Source: a virus. From it: 64,000 bases of DNA. The notes beneath the pieces are model-generated. The model was not told where the DNA came from, did not search any database, and saw only the letters and a list, made by a program, of their open reading frames with translations. Below are positions 27,944 through 39,000 of this stretch, piece after piece; the stretch's first letter is position 1; the number at the start of each line of letters is the position of its first letter. Location of the stretch: the IMG/VR virus record IMGVR_UViG_3300047470_000343, positions 29,786-93,785 of that record; one strand, 5' to 3'. The translations under genes and the position numbers were made by a program.

Positions 27944-29245
27944 TTAGACCGGGTCGGTCCACGTGCCGATGACGAACGACTCCGGGCGGCTGACCTCCAG
28001 GGCCAGACGCTCGTCGGCGCGGAACGTGAGGACGCCGCGCTCGAAGTTGTCGCTGTTCTCCGAGGAGACGGTGACCGAGACGTTCTCCCGGTCGTAGATC
28101 TGGGCGCCCATGCCGAAGGAGCCGAGGAGGTACTTGTCGTCGGGCATGGCCGTGGTCTCGACGACGTTGACGCGCCACACGCGCTTCTGGGCGCCGACGG
28201 CGACCTGGAGGGCGACGCGGAAGGCGCCGTTGTCGTCGGTCTCGACCTCGACCTGCTCCCACATGGTGGGGCTCAGCACGACGCCGGTCGGCTCGTACTC
28301 CGCCAGGAGCGCCTTGGTCATGGCCCGGCGCATCTGGATGCTGAACTTGTCGCTGTTCTGACCGGTGTACGTCTGCACGCCGGTCGTGTTGAACAGGCCG
28401 GTGATCTTGGTGCCGTCGGTGCCGACGCTGTGGAGCAGGTCCCAGTCCTCGGCGAACTTGATGCCCTCGATGAGACGCGAGTTGATGAACTGCTTCAGGC
28501 GCGGCTCGTCGCTGAGGATGTTCTTGTGGCCGTCGAGCATGTGGGCGATCTCGCTGACCGGGAAGGACACCGGCTGGAGGGTCAGCTTCGAGCGGGGGGC
28601 CCGCCCGAACACGTCGGTGTCGAGGCCGGTCGGCGCGGACGTGCCGTCGGCCGCGCGACGCTCGGCGACCTGCGCGGCGTTGTTCACCCAGCCGGTCTCG
28701 CGGATGCCCTGAAGTACCGCGTTCTTCGTGGTCGCCTTCGGGAACAGGTCCCGAATGTGGAACTTGCGGCGCTGCGCGTCGGTGATCCCGAGATCCTGGA
28801 CGCCGCCGAGGGCCGCGTGGGTCTGGGTGCCGGCCGTCAGGGAGAAGATCGACTTCCCCTCCATCTCGGCGCGGATGAACGGGCGGTCCTTGAACTGCGC
28901 GCGGGCCGCGGCCTGGTAGGCGTCGGACGCGACGAACATGTCGCCGAGGGTCTTGACCTCGGTGTCGGAGCCGGAGCCGCCGCCGCCGTAGTACTGACCC
29001 GCGGCCGAGGAGCCAGCGGGGGCGTCGAGGTACTGGCCGAGGGCTTCGGCGCCGGTCGCGGCGTCGATCAGGCCCTTGATCTCCTGGGCGTCCTTGACCG
29101 CCTTGACGTAGGCGTTGCGCTGCTCGGTCGAGACGACGAATGCGCCGTTCTCTTCTTTGAACGTCCCTGCGATGCGCTCGGCTTCGGCGGACTTCTCGTT
29201 GAGCTGGCTCTTCAGTGAGCGCAGAAGGCTCTGGTCGGTAGGCAT
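27944..29245 (-). CDS. Major capsid protein (HK97 fold) with N-terminal delta domain
   Basis: IRDLFP, AAQVAE, IAH...ILSD.P.L..FI..RL, GVVLSP..W, NFERGVLTFRADERLAL.V.RPESF. Confidence 0.95.
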   Translation of the reverse strand: MPTDQSLLRSLKSQLNEKSAEAERIAGTFKEENGAFVVSTEQRNAYVKAVKDAQEIKGLIDAATGAEALGQYLDAPAGSSAAGQYYGGGGSGSDTEVKTLGDMFVASDAYQAAARAQFKDRPFIRAEMEGKSIFSLTAGTQTHAALGGVQDLGITDAQRRKFHIRDLFPKATTKNAVLQGIRETGWVNNAAQVAERRAADGTSAPTGLDTDVFGRAPRSKLTLQPVSFPVSEIAHMLDGHKNILSDEPRLKQFINSRLIEGIKFAEDWDLLHSVGTDGTKITGLFNTTGVQTYTGQNSDKFSIQMRRAMTKALLAEYEPTGVVLSPTMWEQVEVETDDNGAFRVALQVAVGAQKRVWRVNVVETTAMPDDKYLLGSFGMGAQIYDRENVSVTVSSENSDNFERGVLTFRADERLALEVSRPESFVIGTWTDPV

Positions 29246-29328
29246 TTTGGTTGCACTCCCTGTGCTGGACGGGCGATGGCGTGCGCATCACGCCCGGCCA
29301 GCACCGGGACGTCTCAACGCTGGGGCGC

Positions 29329-29356
29329 ATGGAAAGGCACAGGGGGTGTTTGCGTC
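29329..29356 (-). promoter_or_regulatory. Conserved promoter-like motif (weaker -10 match)
   Basis: GACGCAAAC-13nt-TTCCAT. Confidence 0.55.
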
Positions 29357-29411
29357 TCGGGCTCCCGGCCACGCAGGGACGCGCAGCGGGGAGCCCGAGG
29401 GAAACCGCAGG

Positions 29412-31409
29412 TCAGAGTGCGAGTGCGGCCAGTGCCGCCTTGACCTCCGTGGGGTCCAGGTGCACGGTGTCGTCCTCGTCCGGCTCGTCGTCGGGCTCGT
29501 CGGCCGGGGTGTTCCCCGGGGGAACAGCCGTGTCCGCGTAGGGGATCGTGCTGTCGGCCGGTCCGTCGTCGGCGGTGGCGCTGTCGGCGAGTTCGTCATA
29601 GGCGGCGGGATCGTCGTCCTCGTCGTCGGGCCAGCCGTCGGTGATCGAGTACTTGTCCAGCCACGAGTCGGAGTCGTCCGCGTCCGCGTCGTCGTCCATG
29701 GGGACGCCCTTCTTCGAAAGGGCGTCGAGGAGTTTCCCGATGGTGGGCCGCAGGTGTTCCAGGTGCGCGGGTCCGGCGTCGGACACCTCGATCAGCGCCG
29801 TGGCGTCCTGGAGAGCCCGGTCGGTCGGCTTGATGAACCGCTCGCGGGTGGTCTCCGTGGCGTCGGCCAGTCGCTCCGGCCCGGCAACAGGGGTGGCCAC
29901 GGTGGTGAGTTCCACCTGAACCGGCACGCCCAGGTCCACGTCCCGGCCCGACACGGTGTACGGGATCGCGTACGTGTCCGTGTCGCCGTCGTCGTAGCGG
30001 CTGACGATGATCCGGTCGGGGTAAGTCGCCTCGATCGCCACCCAGCAGCATTCCGGCTGCTCGGGGCCGCCGCGGTCGTCGTTGTCCGAGGCGAGCAGTG
30101 CGCGCGCGGCCTTGCTGAGCTGGTCGCGGAGCTGCTCGTAGGAGTAGGGCATGGGTGTGCTCATGAGTCGCTCCGGGAGCTGAATGGGTTCGGCGGACTT
30201 GGCCTCGATCACGATCTGCGCGGCCGACTTCTGTTCCAGGCCCGCGGCGGCGTTGGCCGACTTCGCCTCCATCACGATCTGCGCCGCCGACTTCGCCTCC
30301 ATCGGGGCAGCGGGTGCGGCCGCGGTCTCGTCGGGGGCCGCACCGAGCGGCACCTCGAACTCGTCACCGCCGCGGACCACGTGGAGCGTCGTGAAGGTGA
30401 CCGGTGTGGCCGGCACCGGGTCGGGGCCGTTCAGGTCGTAGCCGAGGGTCACGTGCGGGGTGAACCCGTGGTCGTCGCGGACCGCTTCGGAGTACGGGGA
30501 CCCGGACAGGGCGAGTACAACCTGCTGCCGCAGTTCCGCGAGGCCCGGCACGTCGACCGGCACCCACGTGGGTACGCCGTCCCCGGTGTCGGGGAAGACG
30601 CCGATGCCGCCGAGAGTGCCCGCCAGCGGGCCCGTGTCGTTCACGGCCGGGGTGACGATGTCGCGGAGATCGTCCGGGTGCCCGCCGAGTTCGCCGACGT
30701 CGCCGAGGTAGGCGAGCGTGATGTGCAGGTTCTCCGGGGCGGTGCCGTCGGGCTGGGCGATCGTCTCGGCGACGTCTGCGGGGATCTTCAGCGCGATCAT
30801 CACGCCGCGCCCTACCTGCGACTCGGCGGCCTTCAGCTCGATCGCCGACCACGTGGCCTTGCGCTCCAGTTCGTTGCGCGCCCGGGTCGCGGCCTTCACC
30901 TCGATACTGCGGGTCATCGGGTGCGCGCCGTGCAGCACGGGGCTCACCTCGTACAGGTCCAGGTCGTGGATGATGCGGACGCCGTCGTGGCGCTTGGATG
31001 CGCCGCCCGGCGGGACCTTGAAGCCGATGGAGAACTGCGCTTCGCCGTTCTCGTGCCACTGGCGGACCTGTTCGTAGGCGTCGCGGCCGCGGGTGGTGCG
31101 CAGGTTGTACTGGCAGGTCGCGACGAGCGCCCCGGCCTCCTTGGGCCACACGGAGCCGCCCGGGATCGAGGCGAAGCGCGGATCCCCCGGCATCCATTCC
31201 TCGATCGACAGGACACTGCCGACCGGCTCTTTCCAGTCGTGGCTCCACACCGGCTTCACTCGGCGCGTGGCCAGGGTGCGGGTGAACGCTCCGGGGATGA
31301 TGAGGTCTTCGACATCGTCGACCACGCCGGTGACTGCGAAGATGGCGCGGACGATGCCCTTTCCGCCGCGGGCGCGGCGCAGCATTGCAGTGGGCGGCGG
31401 GCTCGGCAC
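29412..31409 (-). CDS. HK97-type prohead protease fused to a 2H phosphoesterase domain and an acidic scaffold-like tail
   Basis: DLIIPGAF, WSHDW..PVG, FSIGF, LYEVSPV..GA; then HITL (30714-30725) and HVTL (30444-30455). Confidence 0.9.
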   Translation of the reverse strand: MPSPPPTAMLRRARGGKGIVRAIFAVTGVVDDVEDLIIPGAFTRTLATRRVKPVWSHDWKEPVGSVLSIEEWMPGDPRFASIPGGSVWPKEAGALVATCQYNLRTTRGRDAYEQVRQWHENGEAQFSIGFKVPPGGASKRHDGVRIIHDLDLYEVSPVLHGAHPMTRSIEVKAATRARNELERKATWSAIELKAAESQVGRGVMIALKIPADVAETIAQPDGTAPENLHITLAYLGDVGELGGHPDDLRDIVTPAVNDTGPLAGTLGGIGVFPDTGDGVPTWVPVDVPGLAELRQQVVLALSGSPYSEAVRDDHGFTPHVTLGYDLNGPDPVPATPVTFTTLHVVRGGDEFEVPLGAAPDETAAAPAAPMEAKSAAQIVMEAKSANAAAGLEQKSAAQIVIEAKSAEPIQLPERLMSTPMPYSYEQLRDQLSKAARALLASDNDDRGGPEQPECCWVAIEATYPDRIIVSRYDDGDTDTYAIPYTVSGRDVDLGVPVQVELTTVATPVAGPERLADATETTRERFIKPTDRALQDATALIEVSDAGPAHLEHLRPTIGKLLDALSKKGVPMDDDADADDSDSWLDKYSITDGWPDDEDDDPAAYDELADSATADDGPADSTIPYADTAVPPGNTPADEPDDEPDEDDTVHLDPTEVKAALAALAL

Positions 31410-31445
31410 GGCGGGTTCCTCCTAGGCGGGGCTCTCGATGCGCGC

Positions 31446-31473
31446 ACCGTGCCCCGCCCGGGGGGTTAGCGTC
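31446..31473 (-). promoter_or_regulatory. Conserved promoter-like motif
   Basis: GACGCTAAC-13nt-CACGGT. Confidence 0.75.
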
Positions 31474-31497
31474 CCGTCGTGCCCTTCCGGCCGGGCC

Positions 31498-32127
31498 TCA
31501 CTCCCACGGCTTGCCCTTCTTCTTCTTGGGCTTCTTGGGGTCCTCGCCGTCGTCCGGCTCCTCTTCCGGGTCCTCGGTCGAGCCGTCGTCCGCCGCGGCG
31601 TAGGGGTCCTCTTCGTCGTCCGCGGCCGGGTCGTTGGGCACGGCTTCGTCCGCGGTGCCGTAGTCCAGCGAGAGGCCGCCGTCATCCGCGGCCGCCGGAT
31701 CCGCGGCGGGATCGCCGGCCGCCGGGTCCTGCATCGCCGGGTCCTGCGCTGCGGGATCCATCGCGGGGTCCGGCTGGTCGCCGGTGCCGCCGGACTGCGC
31801 CATAGCGGCGTCGTCCACGTCGATGGCCCACGTGTCCGGGTCGGAGTAGCGCCACACCTGCCCGGACTCGTCACGGACCCAGCCCGTCAGCGTGCCGTCC
31901 TCCGCCTTGTCCAGCCACGCCTGTTCGCCGTTGCTGCCGGTGAAAGAGGCGTACGCCTGCGCCGGATCGGTCTCGTCGCCCTCGTCGTAGGCGTCGCCCG
32001 CCCACGGCCGGGCGTCATCCTGATGCGGTGGCTGGAGCTCCGGCGGCTGCTCGGCAGCCGGGTCCATGCCCTGCGCCGCCGGGTCCTGGGACGGGGGCAG
32101 CGCCTTCACCTCGAATCTGTAGTCCAC
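31498..32127 (-). CDS. Acidic head-region protein with basic C-terminal tail
   Basis: FEVKAL N-terminus, DPA repeats, KKPKKKKGKPWE end; probably leaderless GTG. Confidence 0.8.
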   Translation of the reverse strand: MDYRFEVKALPPSQDPAAQGMDPAAEQPPELQPPHQDDARPWAGDAYDEGDETDPAQAYASFTGSNGEQAWLDKAEDGTLTGWVRDESGQVWRYSDPDTWAIDVDDAAMAQSGGTGDQPDPAMDPAAQDPAMQDPAAGDPAADPAAADDGGLSLDYGTADEAVPNDPAADDEEDPYAAADDGSTEDPEEEPDDGEDPKKPKKKKGKPWE

Positions 32128-32134
32128 GCCGCGG

Positions 32135-32162
32135 ACAGTGAGGGCGCGCCCGGTCTTGTGTC
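32135..32162 (-). promoter_or_regulatory. Conserved promoter-like motif
   Basis: GACACAAGA-13nt-CACTGT, 7 nt before the GTG. Confidence 0.7.
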
Positions 32163-32197
32163 CCGGGCGGCCCGCGCCGACCCTTCCCGAACCGGTT

Positions 32198-32221
32198 GTA
32201 GCGCCTCGTACGGGTCGCTAC
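32198..32221 (+). promoter_or_regulatory. Palindromic operator of the TA operon, overlapping the -10 (TACGCT)
   Basis: GTAGCG-CCTCGTACGGGT-CGCTAC, 20 of 24 positions symmetric. Confidence 0.6.
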
Positions 32222-32230
32222 GCTTCTCGT

Positions 32231-32467
32231 ATGAAGCAGATCAATGTACGAGTGGACGACGATGCCGCCGCCGGAATCGAGAGGCGGGCCGAGGCCGCGG
32301 GCCTGACCGTGCCGGAGTACGCCAAGCAGGTACTCACCGACGAGGGCAACGACGTGCGGCACCGCTTCCTCGCCGCGGGCGCGCACTTCGTGGACGAGTT
32401 CGCGGACGCCTTTGCGGAGGAGTTCGGGACCCCTGCCGCCGACCGCGGGTCGGCGGCCGCCGCGTGA
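32231..32467 (+). CDS. RHH-type antitoxin
   Basis: MKQINVRVDDD....IERRAEAAGLTVPEY; acidic C-terminus; upstream of the Doc-like gene. Confidence 0.8.
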   Translation: MKQINVRVDDDAAAGIERRAEAAGLTVPEYAKQVLTDEGNDVRHRFLAAGAHFVDEFADAFAEEFGTPAADRGSAAAA

Positions 32468-32838
32468 TCGTCCGCATCGACCGCGAATGGATGCTGGACC
32501 TTGCCCACCGCCACCTTCCCGGAGATCCCGGCGTGACCGACTTCGGCACGCTGGCAGCCGCGGCCGCCCGGCACGTCGACACGGTCATGGACACCCCCGT
32601 TTACACCGAGGCACATCACCGCGCGGCCGCCCTCATGGTTCAGCTCATCCGCTGCCCGGCGCTGGAGCACTCCAACGAGCTGTTCGGCGCTGTCGTCGCC
32701 GCCACCTACCTGACGGTGAGCGGCGTCATCGTGGACGTGCAGCCCAAGCAGGCCGTCGCTCTCGCGGCCCGGATCAGTCGCGACGCTCTGGACGTGCGGA
32801 GCGTCGCGACTGAGCTCAAGGGATGGGCCGCCCGCTGA
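32464..32838 (+). CDS. Doc/Fic-like toxin with degenerate motif
   Basis: DFGTL.AA.ARH...RAAALM..LIRCPALEHSNELFG; GTGA-coupled. Confidence 0.8.
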   Translation: MIVRIDREWMLDLAHRHLPGDPGVTDFGTLAAAAARHVDTVMDTPVYTEAHHRAAALMVQLIRCPALEHSNELFGAVVAATYLTVSGVIVDVQPKQAVALAARISRDALDVRSVATELKGWAAR

Positions 32839-32847
32839 ACCGGCCGC

Positions 32848-33096
32848 TCACGGTCTGACCTCGACCACGCTGGTCTTCTGCCTCAGCAGAGCCAGCACCG
32901 CATCCGCGTCGCCCGCATCGAGATCCCGCCAGGGCCCGAGGGGGCCGAGCAGCACCGGAGTGCTGGCGTACTGCTCGACCATCGCCCTCACCCGGCGGGA
33001 CCCGGTGACCGGGCCCCCGCCGGGGATCTGGACCTGATAGGCGGAACCGTCCTCCATCGTGCCCGTCACTAGCATGCTTGCCTGCCTTCCTGTCAC
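32848..33096 (-). CDS. Small hypothetical protein coupled to the giant gene
   Basis: GTGA overlap with the giant gene stop (alternative ATG 33075). Confidence 0.7.
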   Translation of the reverse strand: MTGRQASMLVTGTMEDGSAYQVQIPGGGPVTGSRRVRAMVEQYASTPVLLGPLGPWRDLDAGDADAVLALLRQKTSVVEVRP

Positions 33097-36000
33097 CGAG
33101 TGGCGAGCAGTCCCAGAAGGAACGCCCGCAGGTCGTCATCCCTGTACCAGTCGCCCGAGAACATCGTCGCGAGCCCGCGAGCCACGATCTGGTCATCGGT
33201 GACGTCCTCCGCCCGGCCGCCGAACAGCCGCTCCAGCAGCGCATCCAGTGCGCTGCGCCGGGCCCCGGGCCGTCCGGTGTGGGTCCGGGTGAACCCGAAC
33301 ACCTCCTGCGCGGCCACCAGATCCGGGTAGGAGCGCTGGAGGTGAGCCACCAGAGCGTTCACCGCGGTGCCCCGGCCGCCGTCGCCGAGGTCAGCGACCG
33401 TGGCCGTACCGGAGTCGGCGTCGTACGAGCCCGCGTCACCGTCGACCGCGGTCACGAACCGTGCAGTGCGGTCCGCGAGCCACTCCCGCGGCACGTAGCC
33501 CGCCGCATCGGCGAGCGCTCGCGCCGCCGCCTGGTCGCTGTTGTGGCTCAGCGTCAGCCGGTTCCTGCCGCCGGGGCCCATCTCGCGGACCTGCGCGAGG
33601 GTGTCACGCACCGCGCCGGGCAGCGCGGCCGTGTACGCCTGGTGGAGCCGGTCGGCTTCCTGCCGGGCGTGCTGGGCTTCCACCTGCGCCGCGGCGATCT
33701 CCGGACCGAGGTCCGGGGCGCCCTGGCCGGCCGCCACCGCCCGCAGGTTCCGCACGCGGGCCTCCGCCCGGTCCTGGTAGCGGCGGGCGTGCCGCACCGT
33801 GCCGTGCGGGTCGTCGCCGAGCTCCGGCGCGGCCGCCATCAGCCGTGCCACGACATCGGCGTCCACGTCCGTACCAGCCGCGCGCACCGCGGCGAGATGC
33901 CGCAGGGCGTACCGCCCGGGTCCGCGGTCCGCAGCCCGGTCCATCGTCCAGCCCGTGCCGTCCTGCACACCGGGGAGCTGACCCGCGGCGAGCGAGGACC
34001 GGGTGGCCGGCCGGTACCAGCGGCGGCGCCGGGAGACCTGACCGAAGTGGCCCGGGGCGGGCAGCAGCCGCGCCCAGTGCGCCACCTGGTCGGCCAGCGA
34101 CATGCCGTCACCGTGCCGGGGCAGGGAGCGGGCAGCGGCCGCGATACGGCGCAGGCGCCGAGTCTCCGGCCACGACCGCACCCGCCGCACCAGAGCCTTG
34201 CGGAACCGGTTGATGGCCTTGAACGGATACGCCACCGCGGCGGCGATGGCCTTGAGGAACGCGGCCACCAGCTCCATGATCCGGCGGGCGATCTGCGCGA
34301 GCGCCGCCTTGATGCGGGCGAGCACTCCCGGCCGCTCACCTTCCGGCAGTTGGGCCGCGATGCGCTGCGCTGCACCGTCACGGCTGTCCGCCATGCGCTG
34401 CGCGAGCCGGGCGACGATCTCCGCGCGCCGCTCCGGGGTCAGCGGCCCCGTGTCGGCGTCCCGGAGCGCTTCGCCCAGCGCGCCGTCGACGTGGCCCTGC
34501 ACCTCGTCGTCGACCCGGGAACCTTCACCCGTCTCGGGCTCGGTGTCGCCGGTCGTCTCGCCGAGGTCACCGTCCGCGTCCGTCGTCCCGGCGTTGGTGT
34601 CGACGTCGGGCTCATCCGTCTCCGGTCGGTTGCGCATCGACTCCGGGATGAGCCGCAGCAGGTCCGCGGCACGCGCCGCGGTGTCCTCGGGTGACTCCCC
34701 GTCCAGCGGCTCCAGATCGTTGAGCGTCTGCACCGCAGCCTGGACCGCGTCGGCGCGCGAGCTCATCGCCGTCCGCCGCAGCTCGGCGAGCAGCCGCTCC
34801 CGCTCGTCGCCGGTGATGCCCGACCCGTCGACCACCGCCACCGCGTCCTGACGCAGCCGCCGCATAGCCGACCGGAGCGCACCCGCCGTGATGTTCGCGG
34901 CGATCTGCTCCCGGAGCTGGTGAATGCTGCCCGGGGTCTGCGTTCCTTCCACCGCGGCGTCGACCACGGCCCGCGCCACCCAGTCGCCGTAGTCGGCCGT
35001 GAACGCCGCCGTGTCCAGGCCCGCGTTCGGGTCCCGGGCCTCGTCGTCATCGTCGGCCGGAACCTGCGGCTCGGGCAGTTGGTACAACGGGTCACCGGCG
35101 GCCATGGTCCGCTCGGAGCGCTGCCCGTTCCCGTCCTCCACCGTCAGGACCCGCACCCCGCCCGGGGCGTCCTGGACGTCCGTGACACGGTACGAGGCCA
35201 TCTCGTCGGGGTTCGTCTCGTCCGGCAGGGCGATGGTGTCGCCCACGCCGACCGAGCCGACCGTGCCCGGCTCCGGCCGCCCGGCCGGCGCACTTCCCGT
35301 GTCCGGGGCGGGCGTGCTCGGGGTCTCGCCGGTCAGGCGACCCAGGTTCGCGGCGAACCAGGCCGCCGCGGGCCGCTCCCGGTCCATGACGGTTGCCGAC
35401 TCCGGCAGGACTCCGGCCAGGATCTGGAACGTCTTGGTGCTGGGCGGGCCACCGGCCACACCCTCGATCTCTACCGTGACCTCCTTGTCGCCGACGTCGA
35501 CGGACTGCACCTTGCGGGTGAACCAGTCGCTGCCGTTGTGGCCCGTGCCGAATACCAGGTGATCGCCCGGCTTCAGCTCGGTCGCCTTCGCGATGCGGCG
35601 GTCCGCCTGATCCGTGACCCCGCCGCCTTCAAAGCTGCCGTCGTAGGGCAGCGGCTGGAACGGGGCACGGGCGCTCACGCTCTGTCGGATGAAACGGCCG
35701 TCAGCGTTGGCCAGCAGGAGATCGACGGTCTTCCCGTCCGCGCTACGGATCCCTTCCACGATCAGCAGACGGGAGGGCTCCCCGTTGACCGGCGCCACGA
35801 TCACATCACCGGTACTCAGGTAGCGCGCTTCAGTGGTCATCCCGCCGTCGTCGCTCGCCCCGGTCTGCCCGGCCGCCTGGTCGAGCCGGTCAGCGGCCCG
35901 CTTGGCTGCGCGGCCCTCCGCCGTCGACGAGTCGGCGTTCTGGCGGAGGCCTTCAGCGACCGCGGACGCCTGTCCGGGGGTGACGGGCAGGTCCCGGGCG

Positions 36001-39000
36001 ATCCGGGCCGCGCCCTGCTGCGCATCGGGGGCGTCGCCGGGGGCGGTACCCCGGTCGGCGACCGCGTCGCGCTCCTCCGGTGCAAGCTCCGGGTCCACGG
36101 TCGGCCCGGTCACGGGCTCCACCGGCGGGGCCGGCTCGCGGCTCGTGATCGGCTCCTCACGCCGCGGGGCGCCCTGCTCGCCGTCCTGCCCGTTGTCGGC
36201 GGTGTCGCCGATGACGCGCAGGTCCGTGACGGGCATGGGCTTCATGCCCTCGGTGGTGGCGACGGTCGCGGTGTCGCCGTCCAGCTCCTCCACAGTCCCG
36301 AGCATGTTGCCGTCCCGGTCACTGACCCAGTTACCGACTTCGACACGATGCCCGTCCGACGTCCAACCGGACGGGCGCGCTGCGCCGCCGTCGATGACGT
36401 TGAGGGTGCTCGGCTCGTGCGCGTCGTCGGTGCGGTCGTCGCCGAACTGCACCCGCACACCAGCGGCGTTCGCCCCGACCACGACGCCTTCGCGGCCGTC
36501 GTCGTCGGTCACGACCGACCCGGGGAACAGGCCGTTGCCGCCGCCGTCGGTCGCCACACGGTCGGCGATCCGGCCGGTGAGGACGTCGGAGTCCGCGCCG
36601 GTCTGAACCGTGGTGGACTCGTCGCCGCTCTCGCGGGTGGCGCGGGCCGCCGTGGCGTCCGGGTGCACCCACACCGACTCGCGCTTCGTCGAGCCGTCCG
36701 GGGTCTCGGCGATCAGAACGCGCACCATGTCCTGAACACGCCGGGCCCGGACCGTGGGGACCTGCGTAGGCCCGTCCGTGACGTACCCGGCCAGGGTCCG
36801 CGCGGTGCCGCCCTTGGTGATGCCGTCGATCCGCACCACGTCACCGACGTTGATGTCGGAGACCTTGACCCACTCCGCGGGCCGGCCGCCGACAGGCTCG
36901 GGCACGGCCGGGCGTTCCGGCTCCGCCGTGTCGTCTGCCGTCTGCTGCGGGGAATCCGCGGCCGGAGACTGCGGGCTGGCCGGGGCCTGCGCCGGGGCCG
37001 GGCGCTCCTCCGCCGGGGCCGGAGCCGAGGTCTCGGCTTCGGGCGCCGGACGGTCCTCCGCCGGGGCCGGAGCCGGGGTGTTGGCTTCGGGCGCCGGACG
37101 GTCCTTCGCCGGAGCCGGGGTGTTGGCACTGGCGTCCGTGGCCCGCTGGGGGGTGACCTCGGGGGTCTCGCCGACCTGGCGACCGTACTTGTACTGGTCC
37201 ACCGGCACGTTGACGTCGTCCGCGGACATCAGGCGCTGCGCGTTGTCACCGATGGGGATGACGAACGTATGCCCGGAGAGGTCGTGGCCCCTCGCCTGGC
37301 TGTCGGCGACGGTGATGCGCAGAGCCTTCTGCCGCTTCTTGTTGATGGTGATCGAAGCCGGACGGGGCTCACCCACCACGTAGCCGGTCCTGTCGCTGGT
37401 CGCTCCCGGGTAGCGGTCGGTGATCCGGCCGTTGAGGTGCACGATGTCGCCCTCGCGGAGGTCAGTGACGGGAACGCTCTCCGCCCTGCCCATGCCGCCC
37501 TGGTCCACAAGCGTGGTGAGGAACTGCTTGGCGGCCCGCGCCTTGCTGGTCTCGTGGTGCATGGCCCGCGGGTCCTCGGGCCGCAGTACGTCCAGGTACT
37601 CGCGGATCTCATCGGCCAGCCAGCCGGGGCCGAGGATGTGAGTGTGCTTCAGATCGGCAGGCTGGTACGTGTAGTGAGTGGCGTCGAGCCACCGCAGCTC
37701 GTCGTGCAGGTGGTCCAGGTCGTCCGCCACGTTGCCGCTGATCGTCTCGCCGCGACCAAGCGTGTCGACCATCGCCCGTATCGCGCCGTACCGCTCCATG
37801 TCGGCAGGGTTGTCGTTCAGGGTCTCCAGGCCGCGCAGCCCCTCCTTCTCGGGCGGGAACGCGTTGCCTGGGTTCAACCTCTCGAAGTCCCAAGCGATGT
37901 CGGGGTGGACGATGCTCAGGTCGGGCGCGCCCTGTTCCATGTCCCGCAGTACGAGATGGGCGATGGCCGCATCCCGGGTCGAGAATGTGCCGGGGTGGAA
38001 ATAGGTGCCGAGGGGCATCTCGCCCTCCCACCGCTCCTCGGGCGGTGTCATGTAGAAGCCGACGGTGTGCGGTGCGCGCAAGGAGCCGATCAGCCGGCCG
38101 TTGCGCCAGACCTCTTCGCGGCCGTGGTCCGAAACGAGCTTCGGGGACGGCGTGAACCCCTGAGCGGCGAGTTCCTGCATGCGCTCGGGGGATCCGAACA
38201 GGGCGCGCTCACCCTCTTCGCTGATGATGCGGTTCTCACCGGTCTCGTACTGCTCCAGCTCCTTGTGCGTCGGGATGCGCCGACCGTCCACGCTGCCCGC
38301 CTGGCCCGTTGAGTGTGCGGCGTTGATGCCGTACTGGGACGTGGGCGCCGGAGCGTCACCGGCGGGGGCCGCGCCCTGACCGTCGCCCGCGCCTGGAGCG
38401 TCGGAGCCGCCCGCGGAAGGGGAGTTCGAGGATGAGGCGCCGTCCTGGCCGCCGACCGGCGTCGCAACGCCCTCGCGTGGCACGTCCGCCCCGCCGGCCG
38501 CAGGGGCGTCGGTGTCAGGGAGGCGCGCGACCTTGTCGTCCCGCAGGATCGTCACGCCGTTGCGGACGTTCGGCTTGGCGTCGGGGTTGTCGCTCAGGTG
38601 CAGACGCCAGGCCTTCAGACGCTCCCCGTCGCGGGTCGCGGTGACCTCGCGGGCCGGGGCAAGGAGGAAGCCCTCCCGGGTCACCTTGTTCCCGGCGGTG
38701 TTCTGCGTCTCGACGCGCACCCGGTCACCACGCTGCGGCTCGTCCGGGTTCACGATCTCGGCGCGCGGCTCGTCGCTGATGTCCGGGACGGACGGCGTCC
38801 GCTCCGGCCGCTGCGGCGTGCTCTCCCCGGGCTCGGGGACGTAGTCCCGGTACTGCACATCGGCGCCCTCGGGGATGGCCACGATGTCGCGCGGGTGGAA
38901 GCGCCTGGGCTGGTTTTTGACCCCCCAGTAGCCGTCTCCCTGCCAGTCGGCGGAGCGGTCCACCACGACGTTCATGTGCTGGGTGTTCTTGCCGTCCCGG

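Noticed and set aside
37000-37130. 45-bp tandem repeat (and 15-bp repeats near 39670-39750) inside the giant gene
   Set aside because: In-frame low-complexity linker expansions (APAxDRPAPEA, TDEP); no sign of a separate function.
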